Of a stretch of DNA of 64,000 nucleotides, positions 49,715 to 59,862 are shown in pieces. The translations under genes were made by a program, and so were the position numbers. This DNA comes from a virus (taxonomy: Duplodnaviria; Caudoviricetes). A model generated the notes under the pieces. That model made no database searches, was not told where the DNA came from, and worked only from the letters and a program-made list of their open reading frames with translations. The stretch's first letter is position 1. Every line of letters begins with the position of its first letter. The DNA is taken from the IMG/VR virus record IMGVR_UViG_3300028903_000004, positions 59,437-123,436 of that record; one strand, given 5' to 3'.

Positions 49715-52700
49715 ATGAAAAAAGAAGTTCCGATTGAACAAATTGAATCCTTTTTAGAAGGTAAAGACCAACAAAAATACATTGTAGCAGTTGAAGGTTC
49801 TTATGGAAGTCAATATGTTAATTTAATAATTAATAACCCTGAAAAAGGAAAAATAATTGAAAAAGTTAAGTATAAACCATTTCTTTGGGCTAAACCAGAG
49901 GGAATGTTAAGTTTATTCAAAGGAAACAAAGAGACTATTAGAAAAGCCATGAGTGATGCTGGTATTAAAGCTAAAAAACTTAAAATATCGAACGATGAAG
50001 GCTTTATTCCAGAAAGAATGGCTAATGGTTTTACTTTATTAATTGAAGGAAATTGCACTTATGGTGAATTAATTAACTTCTTCAAAAGAGGCGGTGTAGA
50101 CATTTTTTCAGAGCAACATAAAAAAAATTTTATTACGCTATCAATTGTTGAACAGTTTATGATTCAAACTGGTAAACGATTATTTAAAGGAATGGAAGAT
50201 TATGATGACCTTCATAGACTTCAATTTGACCTTGAAACCACGGGTCTTAATCCTAAAATTAATAGAATATTCGCTATAGGTATTCGAGATAACCGTGGTC
50301 ATGAAATAGTTTTAGAAGTAGATGGTGAAACCGAAGAAGAAATTAAAAATAAAGAATTACTTGCAATTGAAACCTTTTTTGCTATTGTAGATGAATTAAA
50401 ACCAGATATAATTTCTGGCTATAATTCTGAAAATTTTGACTTTGATTTTTTTATAGAAAGGTGTCATCAATTAGGAGTTAATATAGAAAATATCGCGATT
50501 ACACTAAACCCAGAATATAAAATACAAAGAAAAAAATCAACAGTAAAATACGGTTCTGAAACTGAATATTATGAACAAACTTTAATGTATGGATATAATA
50601 TTATTGATATTTATCATGCTGTACGCAGAGCTCAAGCTATTAATTCAAATATTAAAAAAGCTGACTTAAAGTATATTACAAAATATTCAAAGATTAATAA
50701 ACCTAACCGAGTTTATATTAAAGGTGATAATATTTTTCATACATGGTCAGATAAAGAAAACAAATACGCTTTTAATGATATTAACGGAGATTGGTATAAA
50801 ATAACTGATAAACATCCTCTAAAAGAAGGGTATCAAATAGTAGAAGGTAAATACATAGTTAAACGCTATCTTTTAGATGACCTTTGGGAAACGCAGCATG
50901 TAGATTTCTCATTTAATCAGGCATCATTTTTGCTTTCTAAAATTGTTCCGACCAGTTATAGTAAAATTTGTACAATGGGTACTGCTTCGTTATGGAAGCT
51001 TTTAATGTGTGCATGGTCATATGAACAAGGTTTGGGTATTCCTGATTATGAAGAAAAAAGAGATTTTACTGGTGGACTTTCAAGACTTTTGGTTATTGGT
51101 TATACAAAAGGATTTGTTAAATTTGACTATGCTGCTCTTTATCCTAATATTGAATTAACTTGGGATATTTTTCCTGAACTTGATATTAGTGGGGTTATGA
51201 AAGGTATGTTACTTTATATAGCTATAACCCGTGATAAATACAAAGACCTTAAAAATGTTCATGAAAATAGGGTAAAAGAAATTGAAAAAAATATGCTTGA
51301 ATATGAAGCTAAAGATGAGTTAACTCCTGAATTAAGAAATAAATGCCTTAAAGCAATATCTAAACATGATAAATTAGCAAAAGATGCCGATAAAAAACAA
51401 TTACCTATTAAAATCTTAGCTAACTCATTTTTTGGGTCCTTCGGTGCTTCATATATTTTTCCGTGGGGTGATATTAATTGTGCTGAAGAAACTACTTGTA
51501 GGGGTCGTCAATATTTACGTTTACTTATAAGTCACTTTAAAGAAAAACATGGTTTTCGTCCTTTAGTTGGTGATTCGGTTACTTATGATACCCCAATATA
51601 TGTAAAATGGAAAAATAATGGGATGATTGATATTATTCCGATATGTGACATTTTTAACGAAAATTCAAATAATTTTGATAAATATAAACTTAGAGATTTA
51701 GAAGAAAAACCATATCAAGTTTTAACAGTTAACGGTTGGAAAGAGATAAACTATGTTTATAAACACGAATCAAATAAACCCATTCACAGAATTTCAACAA
51801 AAAATAGAATGGTATGTGTAACAGAAGACCATTCACTATTTCAAAATGGAAAACAAATTAAACCATCATCACTTAAACGAAATGATTTAATTGATGTTAG
51901 TGAAATTGAACATTTAAACAAAGAAGGGATTTATGACGAAGATTTATATTTTTTATTTGGTTATTTTTTGGGTGACGGCTCTAGTGTCTACGGTAATAGA
52001 AAACAATATTATAAATCCAAAAAAACTGGAAAGATTAACATAAATAAAGGAAAAAGATACGATTTTAAAATATCTGGTCAAAATTTAGAAAAACTAGAAA
52101 GATTAAAAAAAATTATTGAAAGTAGGTTTAATATATCTGTTAAAATTAAAGACCATTTAAAATCATCAAAAGTTTACAATTTAGTTTCCAATGATAAAAT
52201 GATAGTTAAATTTTTTGCCGATAATTTTTATACATCTTATAGGGAAAAAAGAATTCCATATTTTATTTTAAATTCATCAAAAAAAGCCAAATTAGCGTTT
52301 TTGAATGGTGTTTTTTCATCTGACGGATATGGTGATGATTTAGAAAGTGCATCGGATATCGGAATGAAATCGCAAGTGGCAATGGCTGGAATTTCATATT
52401 TAATGGATTGTTTAAATATAGATAAAAAATTAAAATTACGAAAAGATAAAAACTTCATTTCACTTAAACTAAAAAATAGAAATAGAAATAATTCAAACTT
52501 TACGAATAAAACAAAAATGAAATCCAATGAAGTTTGGAATAACGAAATAATTCATAATAAAAATAAATTTGTCTATGATATTTCAACCGAAGACGGAACA
52601 TTTATTGGTGGAATTGGTGGGGTGAATTTAAAAAATACTGATGGTTTTAACTTCGCAATTCCAGAAAATATCGATTCAGTTGAGTATGTTTCAACTGGAA

Positions 52701-54175
52701 ACCATAGGTTCACTGAAAAAGGTAAACTCTATAAAGGTATTAAAGCCGTTGTAGCAGAATTTAATGACAAATATATGATTGGGCGTATGGGTCTTGATAT
52801 TGATGAAATAGGTGAAGCGACAATTAATTTTTCTCGTAAAAATTATGCCGACCTTATTGATGGTGAAATAAAACTTGTAGGAAATACCGTAAAATCTAAA
52901 AAAATGGAACTTTATATTGAAGAATTCATAGATAACGGTATTAGGATGTTACTTGAAGGTAGGGGATATGATTTTATTGAATACTATTACGAATATATTG
53001 ATAAGATTTTTAATTTCCAAATCCCAATTATGAAGATAGCATCTAAAGGTCGTATTAAACAAAGCATTGATGAATATAAAATGAAATGTAAAAAACTAAA
53101 TAAAGCTGGTAATCCAATGCCTCGTCAAGCTCATATGGAATTGATTATTAAAGATAATATTAATGTTAATTTAGGTGATACGATATATTATGTTAATACT
53201 GGGAATAAAAAATCACATGCCGATATTAAAACAATTAAAAATAAAGAAACTGGTGAAATAGAAGTTGAATTTAATTGTATTTTAATTCCTAATGAGCAAA
53301 TTGAAAATGACCCAGATTTAACCACTGACAAATATAATGTTGCCAAATATATTGACAAATTTAACAAACGAATTAAGCCATTATTGGTCGTTTTTCATCC
53401 TGATATTAGAGAAAATATTCTTATTGATACTAAAATTGATAAATCAACCAAAAAAGTTATATTGGAAGAAAGAAGTATTTTTACTAGAAAAGAAACTGAA
53501 CTTGTTTCTGGCATGCCTTACAATCCAGAAGACCAAGATGATTACGAATATGATTTAATGAAAATGGAAGATAAAGAAATAAGGTTTTGGATTTCGATAA
53601 ATAAAGTTCCAAATAATATAGATTTAGATAAATGGAAATCAATTAAAGCTGATTATTTAGAAAGGCTAGAAAAAGCTAAAATCAATGGATTAGAATATGA
53701 AATGTTTGAACTTGAAAATAAATTAAAACGTTTAGAAGTAGAAGATTTTGATGCTTTTTCAGCATTATTTGATAATGATATGAATGCTGCTTATTTGTGG
53801 ATTATTGAAAATCTTAAAGTTGATTTGGATTTTGATGAAACATCTAAAGAATATATATTAAAATCATTAAAATGGGATGAAAAAATATGTAATTTAAATG
53901 ATATATTCAAATATAAAAGTATTGCCGAAGAAAGAGCTTTATTTTATTCAAGTTTAGGTAGTGATATTACAATAGAAGAAGCATATAAAGAATGGGAAGA
54001 ATATCAATATCAAAAAATGGCTGAAAAATCTGGAATGTCATTGGAAGATTATAAAAGATATATTATAGAATGGGAAAAAAAGTATAGAAAAGAAAAAACA
54101 AAAGCTATTGTACATGCTGACAGATATGATGATAGTGAATCTGATAATGATGATATTGATGGTGATGATGAATAA
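49715..54175 (+). CDS. polB: Family B DNA polymerase with intein
   Basis: ExoI FDLETT, ExoII YNSENFD, FDYAALYPN, KILANSFFG, GD/TDG split by intein. Confidence 0.93.
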   Translation: MKKEVPIEQIESFLEGKDQQKYIVAVEGSYGSQYVNLIINNPEKGKIIEKVKYKPFLWAKPEGMLSLFKGNKETIRKAMSDAGIKAKKLKISNDEGFIPERMANGFTLLIEGNCTYGELINFFKRGGVDIFSEQHKKNFITLSIVEQFMIQTGKRLFKGMEDYDDLHRLQFDLETTGLNPKINRIFAIGIRDNRGHEIVLEVDGETEEEIKNKELLAIETFFAIVDELKPDIISGYNSENFDFDFFIERCHQLGVNIENIAITLNPEYKIQRKKSTVKYGSETEYYEQTLMYGYNIIDIYHAVRRAQAINSNIKKADLKYITKYSKINKPNRVYIKGDNIFHTWSDKENKYAFNDINGDWYKITDKHPLKEGYQIVEGKYIVKRYLLDDLWETQHVDFSFNQASFLLSKIVPTSYSKICTMGTASLWKLLMCAWSYEQGLGIPDYEEKRDFTGGLSRLLVIGYTKGFVKFDYAALYPNIELTWDIFPELDISGVMKGMLLYIAITRDKYKDLKNVHENRVKEIEKNMLEYEAKDELTPELRNKCLKAISKHDKLAKDADKKQLPIKILANSFFGSFGASYIFPWGDINCAEETTCRGRQYLRLLISHFKEKHGFRPLVGDSVTYDTPIYVKWKNNGMIDIIPICDIFNENSNNFDKYKLRDLEEKPYQVLTVNGWKEINYVYKHESNKPIHRISTKNRMVCVTEDHSLFQNGKQIKPSSLKRNDLIDVSEIEHLNKEGIYDEDLYFLFGYFLGDGSSVYGNRKQYYKSKKTGKININKGKRYDFKISGQNLEKLERLKKIIESRFNISVKIKDHLKSSKVYNLVSNDKMIVKFFADNFYTSYREKRIPYFILNSSKKAKLAFLNGVFSSDGYGDDLESASDIGMKSQVAMAGISYLMDCLNIDKKLKLRKDKNFISLKLKNRNRNNSNFTNKTKMKSNEVWNNEIIHNKNKFVYDISTEDGTFIGGIGGVNLKNTDGFNFAIPENIDSVEYVSTGNHRFTEKGKLYKGIKAVVAEFNDKYMIGRMGLDIDEIGEATINFSRKNYADLIDGEIKLVGNTVKSKKMELYIEEFIDNGIRMLLEGRGYDFIEYYYEYIDKIFNFQIPIMKIASKGRIKQSIDEYKMKCKKLNKAGNPMPRQAHMELIIKDNINVNLGDTIYYVNTGNKKSHADIKTIKNKETGEIEVEFNCILIPNEQIENDPDLTTDKYNVAKYIDKFNKRIKPLLVVFHPDIRENILIDTKIDKSTKKVILEERSIFTRKETELVSGMPYNPEDQDDYEYDLMKMEDKEIRFWISINKVPNNIDLDKWKSIKADYLERLEKAKINGLEYEMFELENKLKRLEVEDFDAFSALFDNDMNAAYLWIIENLKVDLDFDETSKEYILKSLKWDEKICNLNDIFKYKSIAEERALFYSSLGSDITIEEAYKEWEEYQYQKMAEKSGMSLEDYKRYIIEWEKKYRKEKTKAIVHADRYDDSESDNDDIDGDDE
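51575..52636 (+). mobile_element. Intein with LAGLIDADG endonuclease in PolB catalytic GDTD motif (354 aa)
   Basis: Starts SVTYDTPI, has TEDHSL block B, FGYFLGDG and LNGVFSSDG, ends VYDIST...LKN before Thr. Confidence 0.92.
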
Positions 54176-54199
54176 AAAAGGGCTCGAAAGCCCTTTTTT
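54174..54199. terminator. Bidirectional terminator
   Basis: AAAAAAGGGCT-CGAA-AGCCCTTTTTT. Confidence 0.88.
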
Positions 54200-54201
54200 A
54201 A

Positions 54202-55374
54202 TTAATATACATAAAATCCTAAAGGTCTATATTTTAAATGTTTGTTCAAGTTTTCTGATTCATTTGCTTGACGTTCAATCATTGATGTGGAAGACATTCG
54301 TTTTAATCTTTCAGATAATCTTTCTAAAATAGCTTTCCACTCTTCATTGCCTTCACTTAATAAACTTTCATAATCCATAGTAACACTTGCATCTGGAATA
54401 TTTAAAGAGCCGCTATATTTACCTCTAACGCGTCCAAGAGTAATTTTAGCTTTTGCTACCAATAACTGACGAATTAGAATTTTAGTGGGTTCATTAAAAT
54501 CTTCATATGATAATTTATCTAAAGGAACTTCATTTGGGAGTTTGATAATATCTTTATTTTCAGCTCTACATCTGTCAGGGTCAGCACCTGTATCATAATA
54601 ATAATACCATACATGACATCCTGCAAGACCAATTCCGCTAGCTCCGATACCATTAATACCTGTAGCCGCTCCATGACCAAAAGAAAGTCTTGAACCAGGT
54701 GTACTCATTAAATGCAATAATCTTGTTCCATTAGGACCAGCAGTTATTTTATACATTAATTCACTTCTTAAAAGTCTATTTTTAAGATTATAATCTGATG
54801 CGGTTAATAAAACATCAAACGCTGGGGCAATATAATATCCGCCCATAGCACCGCCACCATAACCACCTAAACCACCAGCAGTGGTACCATATCCACCACC
54901 CATCTGAGCATATCCACCACCAAAACCATAATCTATTCCACCTATTTGAGAAAATAAAGCCAAGTCCATAGAACCTGGTGTAATCCAAAGAATTTGATTA
55001 ATTTCTCTTCCAGCTGGAATGGTATAAACTTGTTGACCTGGAACGATTTCAATATAATCTTTCTTTAATTCCCATGGACCTCTAGCTTGAAGACCTACTT
55101 GTTTTGAATATGCATAAGTATATTGTGTCATGAAATCTAACGACCTAGTACTTAATGCAAATGCAATATCAATAGTATCGATATTTTGACCTAATAATGA
55201 TGGCCATTGATGCTCAATTAACCAATCTTGTACAAATTGAGCGTAGTCTTCAATACAAATTTCGAGTAATGTACATAACATTTCATCGGTTAGTTCTACT
55301 TTACGAATAGGAGCACCGAGTTCTGTTCTTACTTGTCTATATAAACGTTCACGTTCTTCTGATGTTGGCGACAT
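54202..55374 (-). CDS. Neck protein (T4 gp13-like)
   Basis: LGAPIRKVEL, AKAKITLGRVRGKY...; Gly-rich inserts. Confidence 0.8.
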   Translation of the reverse strand: MSPTSEERERLYRQVRTELGAPIRKVELTDEMLCTLLEICIEDYAQFVQDWLIEHQWPSLLGQNIDTIDIAFALSTRSLDFMTQYTYAYSKQVGLQARGPWELKKDYIEIVPGQQVYTIPAGREINQILWITPGSMDLALFSQIGGIDYGFGGGYAQMGGGYGTTAGGLGGYGGGAMGGYYIAPAFDVLLTASDYNLKNRLLRSELMYKITAGPNGTRLLHLMSTPGSRLSFGHGAATGINGIGASGIGLAGCHVWYYYYDTGADPDRCRAENKDIIKLPNEVPLDKLSYEDFNEPTKILIRQLLVAKAKITLGRVRGKYSGSLNIPDASVTMDYESLLSEGNEEWKAILERLSERLKRMSSTSMIERQANESENLNKHLKYRPLGFYVY

Positions 55375-55453
55375 ATAAATCTTTTTATTATAAATATTTG
55401 ACTAAATAGAAAAAAAGTTGTATTTTTGTATTTAATTAAATATTTATGAGTAT

Positions 55454-55618
55454 ATGAGTAAATTTAATAAAAAGCCAGTTAGAATAAATGTTTTATTAGA
55501 TAATGATTTACGTAAAGCATTTAAAAAACATTGTATTGATAATGATTACATATTATCTGAAAGAATTCGTTATTTAATAATTAAGGATTTGGAAAATGAA
55601 AAAGAGAAAACAATTTGA
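55454..55618 (+). CDS. Ribbon-helix-helix (CopG/Arc-like) DNA-binding protein, not in ORF track
   Basis: MSKFNKKPVRINVLLDNDLRKAFKKHCIDNDYILSERIRYLIIKDLENEKEKTI*, 54 aa. Confidence 0.65.
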   Translation: MSKFNKKPVRINVLLDNDLRKAFKKHCIDNDYILSERIRYLIIKDLENEKEKTI

Positions 55619-57209
55619 ATTTTTAGATAAAGCAATTTCTGTTCACGGAAATAAATATGATTATTCCTTAGTTGATTATAAAAATTGTAAAGAAAAAATA
55701 AAAATTATATGCCCAATACATGGTATTTTTGAGCAAACCCCAGATAATCATTTATCAGGTAGGGGGTGTCAAAAATGTTCGAAAAATTTAAAATTAGATG
55801 TTAAAGAGTTTATTAAGAAAGCAAAAGAAATTCATGGTGAAAAATATGATTATTCTTTAGTTGAATATATTAATAATTATACACCAGTTATAATTACGTG
55901 TCCAATACATGGTACCTTTAAACAAAAGCCTAAAGACCATTTATTAGGTAAAGGTTGTAAATTATGTGGGTATAAAAACTTATCTATGTCACAATATGAA
56001 TTTATTAAGAAAGCAAAAGAAATTCATGGTGAAAAATATGATTATTCTTTAGTAAAATATAAAAGTTCTAAGGAAAAAGTGGTTATTATTTGCCCAATAC
56101 ATGGTATTTTCCAACAAGAACCTGAATCACATCTTAGAGGTTGTGATTGTAAATTATGCGTTATAGATAGCCAAAAAAAGAAAAATTTTGTTTTTGTTAA
56201 TGAATTAATAAAAATTCATGGGGATAAATATGATTATTCTTTATTTGATTATATTAATTCTAGAACTAAAGTGAAAATTATATGTAAAGAACACGGTATT
56301 TTTGAGATTATGCCAGCACATATATTATCAGGTCAAAATTGTAATAAATGTAGTTGTATTATTTCAAAAGCTGAAATTGAGTTAAAAGATTTTATTAAAT
56401 CCCTCAATATTACAATAATCGAAAATTCAAAATCAATTATCCCACCAAATGAATTGGATATTTTTATCCCATCTCATAACATCGCCATTGAATTTAATGG
56501 GCTTTATTGGCATTCAGAATTATTTAAAGATAAAAATTATCATCTTAATAAAACTATTCAATGTGAAAAACAAAATATTAGATTGATTCATATTTTTGAA
56601 GATGAATGGTTATTCAAAAAAGATATCGTTAAATCAAGATTGAAACACATATTAGGATTAACTGAAAATAAGATATATGCTAGAAAATGTGAGATTAAAG
56701 AAATATCACCTGAACAAGCTAAAAATTTCATGGATGAAAATCATTTACAAGGTTACACTAATTCAAAAATAAGAATAGGTTTATTCTATAAAGATGAATT
56801 AGTATCTGTAATGTTATTTAATAAACCAAGATTAGGTATTGGCCAGAATTATGATGGGTATGAACTATCTAGGTTTGCCTCTAAATTAGGATTTTCAGTA
56901 ATTGGTGGGGCAAATAAATTATTAAATTATTTTATAATTAAATTTATGCCAGAAAAAATTGTTAGTTATGCTGACAAGAGATGGTCCGATGGGAATTTAT
57001 ATGAAAAATTAGGTTTTAAATTAACACATACTAATAAACCAAATTATTGGTATATTGTTGATAATATGAGGAAACATAGATTTAATTTTAGAAAAGAAAG
57101 ATTAAAAAAGGAAGGATTTGATACCAAAAATAAAACAGAACATGAAATAATGTTAGAAAGAGGAATTAATAGAATATATGATTGTGGAACATTATCATAT
57201 GAATTATAA
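55596..57209 (+). CDS. Hef-like homing endonuclease: 4 zinc-ribbon repeats, Vsr/PD-(D/E)xK-like nuclease, GNAT-like C-terminal domain
   Basis: 4 x HG.KYDYS...C..HG.F.....HL.G..C..C; ELDIFIP...IEFNGLYWH; ELSRFASK...SYADKRWS...Y.KLGF. Confidence 0.78.
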   Translation: MKKRKQFEFLDKAISVHGNKYDYSLVDYKNCKEKIKIICPIHGIFEQTPDNHLSGRGCQKCSKNLKLDVKEFIKKAKEIHGEKYDYSLVEYINNYTPVIITCPIHGTFKQKPKDHLLGKGCKLCGYKNLSMSQYEFIKKAKEIHGEKYDYSLVKYKSSKEKVVIICPIHGIFQQEPESHLRGCDCKLCVIDSQKKKNFVFVNELIKIHGDKYDYSLFDYINSRTKVKIICKEHGIFEIMPAHILSGQNCNKCSCIISKAEIELKDFIKSLNITIIENSKSIIPPNELDIFIPSHNIAIEFNGLYWHSELFKDKNYHLNKTIQCEKQNIRLIHIFEDEWLFKKDIVKSRLKHILGLTENKIYARKCEIKEISPEQAKNFMDENHLQGYTNSKIRIGLFYKDELVSVMLFNKPRLGIGQNYDGYELSRFASKLGFSVIGGANKLLNYFIIKFMPEKIVSYADKRWSDGNLYEKLGFKLTHTNKPNYWYIVDNMRKHRFNFRKERLKKEGFDTKNKTEHEIMLERGINRIYDCGTLSYEL

Positions 57210-57323
57210 CTTGTCTATATAAACGTTCACGTTCTTCTGATGTTGGACCCATAATAGTTTTTATTATAAATATTTAACTAAATAATAAAAAAGTGATATT
57301 CTTATTGCTAATTTTACTGAATA

Positions 57324-57587
57324 TTAGCTATTATACAATTCTACGATTATTTTTATAGCAGTATTAATATCATAAAAAGAAATTTCAGGTACTAGAACTT
57401 GATTACCAACAATTATAACTGGGATGTTTTCACTTTTAGTTAATTTATATAATTTTAGAAAATCTTTTCCACCTTTTTCAGTATTAACATTAACTTTTTC
57501 GTATGGAATTTTTAATTCATCAAGTTTTTCCATAAGTTTTTTGCAATATGGGCAATATTCGATGTAAAAAACCTTAACCTTTTTCAT
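57324..57587 (-). CDS. Glutaredoxin-like protein
   Basis: CPYC active site, NIPVI. Confidence 0.85.
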   Translation of the reverse strand: MKKVKVFYIEYCPYCKKLMEKLDELKIPYEKVNVNTEKGGKDFLKLYKLTKSENIPVIIVGNQVLVPEISFYDINTAIKIIVELYNS

Positions 57588-59463
57588 TTTCGTCTTTTTT
57601 TAATTGTTCTATGTAATTTAATATCATTCTTTCTTCTTCTGATATTTCTTTTATAGGAGTATCACCCATTATAGTAGAAATAATTTCTTTTTTATTTTGT
57701 AAAATGTTCCACATTCTTAAAGAAATAGTATCTTTAAATAATTGATAATAAACGGTTACGTTATTATTTTGTCCGATACGATAAGCACGGTCTTCGGCTT
57801 GCTCATTATTTCCTGGTACCCAATCAAATGAATTAAATATCACAATATTTGATACTGTTAGATTTATACCTACGCCAGCAGATTTAATATTACCAATAAA
57901 AACCTTAATTTTTGGGTTGGTCATAAAATTATCGACAGCATTTTGTTTTTCTTTTGTGGATAATGCTCCGTAATGTACAACGCATTCATTACCAAAATGT
58001 TCTTGCAATTCAAGTAATTCATCAGTAAAATTAGTAAATATAATTACTTTTTGATTTTGTTCTATTGCATTTTCTGCTAATTCTATTGTATAAGGAATAG
58101 CTTCCATTGCAATGAATTGTCTTAGAAGAATTAATTCAATTAAATCACGTTGTAATGTCCCATCCGTAAATTCTATTCCATTTTTTTCTGCTTCTTCCCT
58201 TTTTTTATCAATATATTCATCCCATAACTCATTATATCGTTCCCAAGCTTTTTTGCTTAATTCTTGAAGTACTGGTATAATGGTTTTTTCTGGCATATCC
58301 AAAACATCTTCTTTTTTTCTTCTTAGGATGATATTTTTTGTTTTATTTGAAAGCTCATCTAAATTACTTGCACCATCAGTTAACCATATTTGCTTTCTTT
58401 GACCATTTTGAAGCTGTTTAAAGAACTTTTTTCCAGCACAATATCTTTTAGCAAAAAATACCCAATTATCAGCTATAGGTGCTTTAATTATCTTTAAAAG
58501 GTTAAAATAGTCCATAGGACGATTGGCAATTGGTGTTCCAGTTAATAGCCATACTTTATTTATTCCATGATTAATACATAAATCGGACATTATTTTGCCT
58601 CTAATCGATTTTGGGTTTTTAAGGTAATGTGCTTCATCAATAATACATAAATCAAATTTATGATTAGCAATTTCTTGTTTAAATTCAATTACAAGGTCAG
58701 TTGGTTTTTCCTTTTTGCCTCTCCTTTTGTTTAAAGAATGAAAGTTCTTTAAAATATCATAATTAATAATTGTAAATTTATTTGGTTTCCATTTACTACC
58801 AGAAATAATTGAAGTATGGTCTGTAAACATGTTAATTTCTCGTTCCCAATTTATTTTAACACTAGAAGGGCAAACAATTAATATTTTTTCTACACCAGAT
58901 TCTAATGCAGCAATAATTGCTTGGTAACTTTTTCCTAACCCCATATCGTCAGCCAAAATACATCCATTTCTTGATAATAAAAATTTAATACCTTCTTTTT
59001 GATGATTATATGGGTTTCTATGCAAAGTATCAAGGTCAATATATTTTTGAAAATCAACATCAATATTGATAGGTTCTAGATAAGGGTCATCAATTAGTTG
59101 AGTTTTTGGGACCCAATACATTTTAGATTTTTCTTGATTTTGTTTTACCTTTCCATAAATATGTAAACTTTTTTCTGTTTCTGCGAGTATATATTGAATT
59201 AATATACGTTTTGGCGTAAAAGATAAATTTTCTTTTCTTTTTAGTTCTTCTCCTAGAAATTCAGAAATTTCTATAATTCGATTTATTTTAATTGGTTCTT
59301 TATTGAAATTATCAATGATATATTTTGATTGGGTTTCAGTTAAGCGTAATTTACCATTTTTGTTAAATTCCTTTTGCATTAATAAAATATAAGGATTCTT
59401 ACCCTTATAACTTTTTAATAACTCAAGAGCTGATTTATCCTTAATATCATCCAATTTAATCAT
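57574..59463 (-). CDS. SNF2-family (DEAH) helicase/ATPase
   Basis: LADDMGLGKS, DEAH, LTGTP, GVGINL, QAEDRAYRIGQ. Confidence 0.92.
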   Translation of the reverse strand: MIKLDDIKDKSALELLKSYKGKNPYILLMQKEFNKNGKLRLTETQSKYIIDNFNKEPIKINRIIEISEFLGEELKRKENLSFTPKRILIQYILAETEKSLHIYGKVKQNQEKSKMYWVPKTQLIDDPYLEPINIDVDFQKYIDLDTLHRNPYNHQKEGIKFLLSRNGCILADDMGLGKSYQAIIAALESGVEKILIVCPSSVKINWEREINMFTDHTSIISGSKWKPNKFTIINYDILKNFHSLNKRRGKKEKPTDLVIEFKQEIANHKFDLCIIDEAHYLKNPKSIRGKIMSDLCINHGINKVWLLTGTPIANRPMDYFNLLKIIKAPIADNWVFFAKRYCAGKKFFKQLQNGQRKQIWLTDGASNLDELSNKTKNIILRRKKEDVLDMPEKTIIPVLQELSKKAWERYNELWDEYIDKKREEAEKNGIEFTDGTLQRDLIELILLRQFIAMEAIPYTIELAENAIEQNQKVIIFTNFTDELLELQEHFGNECVVHYGALSTKEKQNAVDNFMTNPKIKVFIGNIKSAGVGINLTVSNIVIFNSFDWVPGNNEQAEDRAYRIGQNNNVTVYYQLFKDTISLRMWNILQNKKEIISTIMGDTPIKEISEEERMILNYIEQLKKDENEKG

Positions 59464-59592
59464 AATATTAAATATAGTTATTTATATCAAAAAATCAACT
59501 TTATTTTTTATCTAAATTATTGATATATTTATATCAAAGTTCATTTTTTACTAATTGGTTTTAAACAATAATGAAATATGAATTGGTTTATT

Positions 59593-59751
59593 ATGAGTAA
59601 AGAAAGTTTAGAAAACGAAAAAAAAGCATTGGAGGAATGGCTAGAAAAAGTTAAAGAAAATAACTCCAATGAATATGAAGATTATTATCTTAGAGAATAT
59701 ATTAACGAGCAAATTAATAAAATAAATAAAGAACTTGAAAAATATATATGA
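59593..59751 (+). CDS. Small helical hypothetical protein (52 aa), not in ORF track
   Basis: MSKESLENEKKALEEWLEK...LEKYI*; ATATTTAT at 59525. Confidence 0.45.
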   Translation: MSKESLENEKKALEEWLEKVKENNSNEYEDYYLREYINEQINKINKELEKYI

Positions 59752-59862
59752 ATAATTTTTTAGCAAATATTAAATTAAAATTAATTATTATCTAAATTAT
59801 TGAAAATATTAATTTATTTTGGTTTAATATTGTTTTTTAGATATTTATTTAAAAAACGAATT

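Larger units (their letters stand above)
55331..57294. mobile_element. RHH + Hef-like endonuclease cassette flanked by ~85-bp imperfect direct repeats of the neck-gene 5' end and promoter
   Basis: 38-bp exact repeat 55331-55368 = 57209-57246, with similarity continuing ~45 bp further. Confidence 0.75.

Noticed and set aside
55331-57294. IS element or group I intron explanation for the endonuclease cassette
   Set aside because: No transposase or terminal inverted repeats; the duplication is far longer than a target-site duplication; the ORFs are antisense to the neck gene with no room for a ribozyme core.
59800-59862. Extended TTG/GTG starts in the ORF track (59800, 3088, 13604, 15004, 29414)
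   Set aside because: Downstream ATGs (59863, 3145, 13619, 15013, 29372) fit promoter positions and gene packing better.
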